A stretch of 64,000 bases of DNA from an uncultured Clostridia bacterium (GTDB lineage: Bacteria > Bacillota > Dehalobacteriia > UBA4068): positions 14,300 through 78,299 of the forward strand of contig CALYAP010000066.1 in the NCBI GenBank assembly GCA_944393575.1, in the 5' to 3' direction. The notes below the pieces were generated by a model, which worked only from the letters and a program-made list of their open reading frames with translations, was not told where the DNA came from and searched no databases. Shown piece after piece: positions 59,413 through 64,000 of this stretch (positions are counted from its first letter, which is position 1; every line of letters begins with the position of its first letter). A program made the position numbers and the translations under genes.

Positions 59413-60619
59413 TGCTTTCTGTGATATATTCTGGTTTTACCATTAATTCAATCGCAATAACTTCTCCTTGATGATGGCTAGTGCCTTTCTCAAGATAATA
59501 GAGGGAATTCATCTGTTGATAAGCCGCTGCCCGTGTCAAAACAAAGGTGTTGATCGGCTCAGCCAGCATTTTACCATTTTGACTGAAAAGGCGAAGCCGA
59601 ACCACAAAATCCATATCCCTTTTATCAAGAGCAGCTGTTAACTCGGCATTGATGTAATAGGGTTGAGGGAGTGGCTGGCCTTGTAGCAGCTCCACTGCCG
59701 GCTTGACATATAACTGGCTGATCAGATCTGCTCCATGTGGTGGTCCGGGGAGGCCGATGACTGGAACATCATTGACCATATAGAGAGAAAATTGCTTGCC
59801 TGGCCCATGCCGTAATTCAGGGACAATCATTTTGCCGATCTCGGATAAAACGGCCAAAGTATAATCGTGAGTTCCCTTGGCCGAACCAGCGCAGATTACC
59901 ACTAAGTCTGAGCTGGCTGCAGCATCTAAAACTGCTTGGCGAATAAGCTCTGCTTTATCTGCGATAATTGGCAGCGAGCGATATTCACCGCCCCATTCCT
60001 GAACTTGTGCCCCGCACATAATGCTATTAGATTCGATCTGTTTGCCAAGAGCTAAGGGTAATTGGCCGATGGGAACCAATTCGTCGCCAGTAGGGATAAA
60101 GGTTATCTGAGGTCTGGCTAATACTTTAGCCTGAGTGATGCCTCCTGATGCCATAATCCCGATTAGGGAAGGGGTAATCACCTCTCCGCTACGAACCAAC
60201 AGTTCATTAGCTACCACCTGGGTCCCGGGGTGGTGGAGCAATTCTCCCTTTTGTTGAGGATGATAGTGTAGGCAGAGATGTCCTTTTTCATCAAAAGAGA
60301 CATTTTCTATCTTGATGACAGTATCATATTGCTGCGGAACCTCACACCCGGTATTAGCATAGATATATTCTTTGCCCTCCTGCCAAGTGCTAGGGTCTGT
60401 CCCTTGCAGATCAGCAAAACGAATGGCTATACCATCCATGGCAGCAGTGTTTGTATTAGGCAGAGAATGAACTGCCATGATATCCTCTGCGGCAATACGT
60501 CCTGCCAGTTCAGTGAGCGGTAACACCTCATATCTATTGATCGGGCGCAACTGTTGTTGTAAGATATTTAGCATTTCCTGACGATTGGGACGCAGGTTGT
60601 TGTTTGGCATCTTTTTCAC
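59387..60619 (-). CDS. moeA: molybdopterin molybdenumtransferase
   Basis: Four-domain MoeA architecture. Motifs SLPNTNTAAMDGIA, GDEL. Confidence 0.85.
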   Translation of the reverse strand: MKKMPNNNLRPNRQEMLNILQQQLRPINRYEVLPLTELAGRIAAEDIMAVHSLPNTNTAAMDGIAIRFADLQGTDPSTWQEGKEYIYANTGCEVPQQYDTVIKIENVSFDEKGHLCLHYHPQQKGELLHHPGTQVVANELLVRSGEVITPSLIGIMASGGITQAKVLARPQITFIPTGDELVPIGQLPLALGKQIESNSIMCGAQVQEWGGEYRSLPIIADKAELIRQAVLDAAASSDLVVICAGSAKGTHDYTLAVLSEIGKMIVPELRHGPGKQFSLYMVNDVPVIGLPGPPHGADLISQLYVKPAVELLQGQPLPQPYYINAELTAALDKRDMDFVVRLRLFSQNGKMLAEPINTFVLTRAAAYQQMNSLYYLEKGTSHHQGEVIAIELMVKPEYITESNGDKNNGK

Positions 60620-60773
60620 CTCACATAATTGATGCGCTGCAATGTATTATTGTCAAATAAATATTATATTTAATTACGAATAATTTATCATGTTAGCCAT
60701 AATGATGTCAATCCGTAGGAAAATTTACCGATTATTCTCAATTAACTATTATTTTTATTTAAGAATAAAATTC

Positions 60774-60802
60774 TTGACACCTTTTGCCTATTTATATATA
60801 AT
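60774..60802 (+). promoter_or_regulatory. sigmaA-type promoter of the ABC importer operon
   Basis: TTGACA - 17 nt - TATAAT. Leaves an approximately 65-nt leader. Confidence 0.55.
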
Positions 60803-60875
60803 TATCGCTGAATTAATTATTCTGAAATGAGGATAAATATATTTATTATAATAGATATTTTTAAAGGATAAACAT

Positions 60876-61667
60876 ATGACTCTTCTTGTCCAAAATGGTA
60901 CCTGTGGTTATTCAGCAGCACACCCGGTTCTGCAAAATATTAATTTTAGTGTAGAAGCAGGTGAGGTGCTATGTATTCTGGGACCTAATGGCGCCGGTAA
61001 ATCGACGCTTTTCAAATCAATGTTACGGTTGATACCTATGCTAGGTGGAGCTTTGATGATTGATGGTGAAGATACCAAGGATTGGCCTCGTAGCCGGTTA
61101 GCTCAAACTATCGGCTATATCCCTCAGGCTACCAGTCCTCCGTTTGCTTATAGCGTTTCCGATATTATTCTGATGGGACGTACTGCCTATTTGGGAATGT
61201 TTGCTTCTCCGCGCAAGGAGGATATCGATATCGCCGAAGAGGTAGTCGATAAACTAAATATTAGCAAATTATTGGATAAACGTTATACCGAATTAAGCGG
61301 CGGTGAAAAGCAACTGGTGCTTATTGCCAGAGCTTTAGTTCAGCAGCCACAGATTCTGGTGATGGATGAGCCAACAGCAGCTCTTGATTTTGGCAACCAG
61401 CAGCTGGTCTTGCGGCAGATCAGCCTACTTTCTCAGCAAGGGTTGGGGATTATCATGGCTTCTCATTTTCCCGACCATGCCTTTTTATATTCACATAAGG
61501 CACTGTTACTAAAAGATGGTGGCATTTACTCCATTGGCAATCCTGGTGATGTTATTACGGAGGAAAGTCTCTGTGACCTATACTCAGTATCCACCCGGAT
61601 CATTAATACCGGGGTTTATTCCAAAACCGCTCAGGCTGAAGTCAAAGTGTGCGTTCCTTTATCGTAA
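60876..61667 (+). CDS. ABC transporter ATP-binding protein (FepC/FecE/BtuD type)
   Basis: Walker A GPNGAGKST, signature LSGGEKQ, Walker B LVMDEPT. Confidence 0.85.
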   Translation: MTLLVQNGTCGYSAAHPVLQNINFSVEAGEVLCILGPNGAGKSTLFKSMLRLIPMLGGALMIDGEDTKDWPRSRLAQTIGYIPQATSPPFAYSVSDIILMGRTAYLGMFASPRKEDIDIAEEVVDKLNISKLLDKRYTELSGGEKQLVLIARALVQQPQILVMDEPTAALDFGNQQLVLRQISLLSQQGLGIIMASHFPDHAFLYSHKALLLKDGGIYSIGNPGDVITEESLCDLYSVSTRIINTGVYSKTAQAEVKVCVPLS

Positions 61668-61715
61668 CTTTGCTCGGGTATTGACTTAACTAAGGAGAAG
61701 AGGCAGGAAGAAAAA

Positions 61716-62750
61716 GTGAAATTTAGCGATATCCATACTCAGCAAACCAAGTCTATGCGGAGGCGAGTTCTCTGTTGCGCTTTGGTTTTACTTATAGTAA
61801 TTATTGCTTCCTTCAATTTTGGCCGTTATGGAGTCAATTTGATTGATGCCGGCAAAGTATTACTTTCACAGATTTTCCCTATTGAGCAGACCTGGCCGGA
61901 TAATTATGAAAAAGTAGTTATCTATATCCGTTTACCGAGGATTCTGGCAGCAGTTTTTATTGGTGCTGCTCTTTCCTTGTCTGGCGCTACTTATCAGGCT
62001 GTTTTTAAGAATCCACTCGTTTCTCCAGATATTTTGGGCGCTGCCTCAGGCGCATCTTTGGGAGCTGCTTTAGCTATTTTTAATGGGCTGGGTGCTTTTT
62101 GGACTCAGGCGATGGCTTTTGCTTTTAGCTTAGGGGCAGTTTGTCTGACATATATGGTTAGCGGAAAAATCAAACGCGATCCAGCGCTAGCATTAATTCT
62201 ATCGGGTATCTTTATCGGATCACTGGCAGAGGCCTTCATTACCTTATTAAAGTTTATGGCTGATCCAGAAAATACCTTACCTAGCATTACCTATTGGCTG
62301 ATGGGCAGCCTTTCTAATGTGATGATGTCGGATCTCACCTATGTGCTATTGATGATGGTGGTATTCGCTATCCCGCTCTTTTTGCTCAGTTGGCAGCTTA
62401 ATGCTTTGTCCTTAGGCGAAGATGAGGCTAGATCTCTAGGTGTGGAAACTAAACGCTTGCGTATTATTGCTATTCTTTGCTCCACTTTGCTAACTGCTAC
62501 CTCTATTTCTATCGGTGGTCTGATTGGCTGGGTCGGTCTGGTGATTCCACATTGGAGCAGAATGTTGGTAGGCTCTAATAATAAAGCCCTACTGCCGACA
62601 GCTGCTTTAATGGGAGGTGCTTTCCTATTAATCGTGGATAATGTGGCGCGGTCTTTGGCTAGCACGGAAATCCCGCTAGGTGTTTTGACTGCTATTGTAG
62701 GTGCACCATTCTTTATCGCTTTGATGATTCGTGGTAAGAGCAATTATTAG
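61716..62750 (+). CDS. FecCD-family iron-chelate/cobalamin-type ABC permease
   Basis: About 9-10 TM helices of the FecCD/BtuC fold. GTG start, with an alternative ATG at 61755. Confidence 0.8.
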   Translation: MKFSDIHTQQTKSMRRRVLCCALVLLIVIIASFNFGRYGVNLIDAGKVLLSQIFPIEQTWPDNYEKVVIYIRLPRILAAVFIGAALSLSGATYQAVFKNPLVSPDILGAASGASLGAALAIFNGLGAFWTQAMAFAFSLGAVCLTYMVSGKIKRDPALALILSGIFIGSLAEAFITLLKFMADPENTLPSITYWLMGSLSNVMMSDLTYVLLMMVVFAIPLFLLSWQLNALSLGEDEARSLGVETKRLRIIAILCSTLLTATSISIGGLIGWVGLVIPHWSRMLVGSNNKALLPTAALMGGAFLLIVDNVARSLASTEIPLGVLTAIVGAPFFIALMIRGKSNY

Positions 62751-62837
62751 ATGAGCCATTTTAATAGGTATCATTGTCTTATGGAAGATCTTTCCCGCAG
62801 ACTTGATATAAAATTTAGAATTGCAGGGGGTAATGTT

Positions 62838-63974
62838 ATGAGAAAAGCATTCAAAGGCTTTTTGGTTGGCTTCTTGGTCGTTGCAGCTATGACTTTTTTA
62901 GTAGCTTGTAATAATAATGACAATGTGAATGCTAATCAGGATGCTGAGGATCAGCGGCAATACTTCGAGGTGACTGATTTAGCTGGTAATACCGTTCAGG
63001 TCCCAGAAGATATTCAGTCGGTGGTTGTAACATCTTATAAAGGTGCTTTTGAAGCCCTGGTGCTGTTGGGCAGGATGGATTTGCTGGCAGGTATGTGCGA
63101 TACTAGCCGTTATGCCTGGTTGTTGGAGGTATATCCTGAGCTTAAGGATGTTCCTGATTACGGCAGTTTTGAAAATGTCAATGTCGAAGAGCTGCTTAAA
63201 GCAGATGTCGACATCATCTTTTCCCCAACAGAAGCTCCAGAGGTCAATGAGCAGATGCTATCACTAGGAATGCCGGTATATGTTGACGGCGCAGTTAACC
63301 CTGATGAAGACGCTACTTTTAGCAGCCAGACTGAATTGTTGGCTGTTGCGGAAGTTATCGGAGAAACCGATAAGGCCAATGAGCTTATTGAATGGCGGCA
63401 GGGATGGTTAGATTTTGTAGCCGAAAGAGTTGCTGATATCCCAGAAGAAGAGCGCAAAACCGCTATCACCATCAATGAGAGTATCCAGCAGGTGTGGAAC
63501 AATACTTATCTTTGCGGCGCCGATATTGAGTTGGCTGGCGGCATTAATTTGGTTGCCGATTATTTTCCAAATACTTATTATGGGGAATTAAGCGCTGAAG
63601 AGCTTATTGCCCTGGATCCTGATTTTATTTTCCAGACAATCGGTGTCAGAGAATACGGCGATGAGCTAAGAGGTTATTATCAGCAATTACAGGCGGATGA
63701 ACGTTTTAACGGCATCACGGCAATCGAAAATGGCGATGTTTATATCATGCCTTATGGTATTGCTGGTTGGGATGATGATTATGAAATTGGCATTTGTGTA
63801 GTTATGTTGGCTAAGCTGATGTATCCTGATCGCTTTGAGGATGTCGATGTCTGGGAAATCGCGCAAGATTTTTATTCACGATTTTTAGGTATTGAGATCA
63901 CCGAGGATGATTGGCTGTTTATGCATCAGCATGATTTTGATGGTGCTAAGCCGTTAGTAGTTTATCACGATTAA
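62838..63974 (+). CDS. periplasmic-binding-protein-type (cluster A/class III) substrate-binding lipoprotein
   Basis: ATG at 62838 after GGGGG. Signal peptide plus lipobox LVAC. PBP fold as in FecB/BtuF. Confidence 0.75.
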   Translation: MRKAFKGFLVGFLVVAAMTFLVACNNNDNVNANQDAEDQRQYFEVTDLAGNTVQVPEDIQSVVVTSYKGAFEALVLLGRMDLLAGMCDTSRYAWLLEVYPELKDVPDYGSFENVNVEELLKADVDIIFSPTEAPEVNEQMLSLGMPVYVDGAVNPDEDATFSSQTELLAVAEVIGETDKANELIEWRQGWLDFVAERVADIPEEERKTAITINESIQQVWNNTYLCGADIELAGGINLVADYFPNTYYGELSAEELIALDPDFIFQTIGVREYGDELRGYYQQLQADERFNGITAIENGDVYIMPYGIAGWDDDYEIGICVVMLAKLMYPDRFEDVDVWEIAQDFYSRFLGIEITEDDWLFMHQHDFDGAKPLVVYHD

Positions 63975-64000
63975 CTTATTTAAAGATGCATTTATAATTA

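Noticed and set aside
60620-60875. Cobalamin or Moco riboswitch upstream of the FecBCD-type ABC operon
   Set aside because: The region is AT-rich with a clear promoter but lacks the B12 box (GCCACTG) and the structured GC-rich stems expected of either riboswitch.

Overview
This 64-kb window is chromosomal DNA from an endospore-forming Firmicute, Clostridia- or Negativicutes-like. Evidence for that: spoVAC-spoVAD-spoVAEb, yqfC/yqfD, a DUF421/DUF4363 pair, and groES-groEL carrying a CIRCE operator. The sequence is about 45 percent GC by eye and is densely coded on both strands. Most of it is conserved housekeeping: glmS, an M18 aminopeptidase, and the long priA-def-fmt-Zn-peptidase-rsmB-rlmN-stp-prkC-rsgA-rpe supra-operon with metF appended. 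It also carries hpt, groESL, rpsU, the nfeD-floA pair, ridA, yqfC-yqfD-phoH-pgpH(yqfF)-ybeY-era-recO, glyA, and a membrane H+-pyrophosphatase. A moeA/DUF364 pair sits divergent from a FecBCD-type ABC importer. The stand-out accessory locus is an eight-gene minus-strand operon at 26362-32569. Its core is a radical SAM/Cys-rich enzyme of the ArsS/selenodomain family, with a C-terminal CxAGxGxSCGG motif. The operon also has an AhpD-like CxxC protein, two TVP38/TMEM64 membrane proteins, a DUF2064 transferase, a GT2 glycosyltransferase, a double-CCG-domain Fe-S protein and a lipoprotein tandem rhodanese. No arsM is present in the window. The product is probably an uncharacterised membrane-associated S/Se/As-modified glycoconjugate. 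Other second-look items: an acyl-CoA ligase translationally coupled to an E2-like acyltransferase catalytic domain carrying DER in place of the catalytic DHR; a TetR regulator plus heterodimeric ABC exporter with a palindromic operator; an orphan TRAP solute-binding protein; structured non-coding gaps after metF and between the ABC exporter and the rSAM operon. No rRNA, tRNA, CRISPR or obvious mobile elements were seen.
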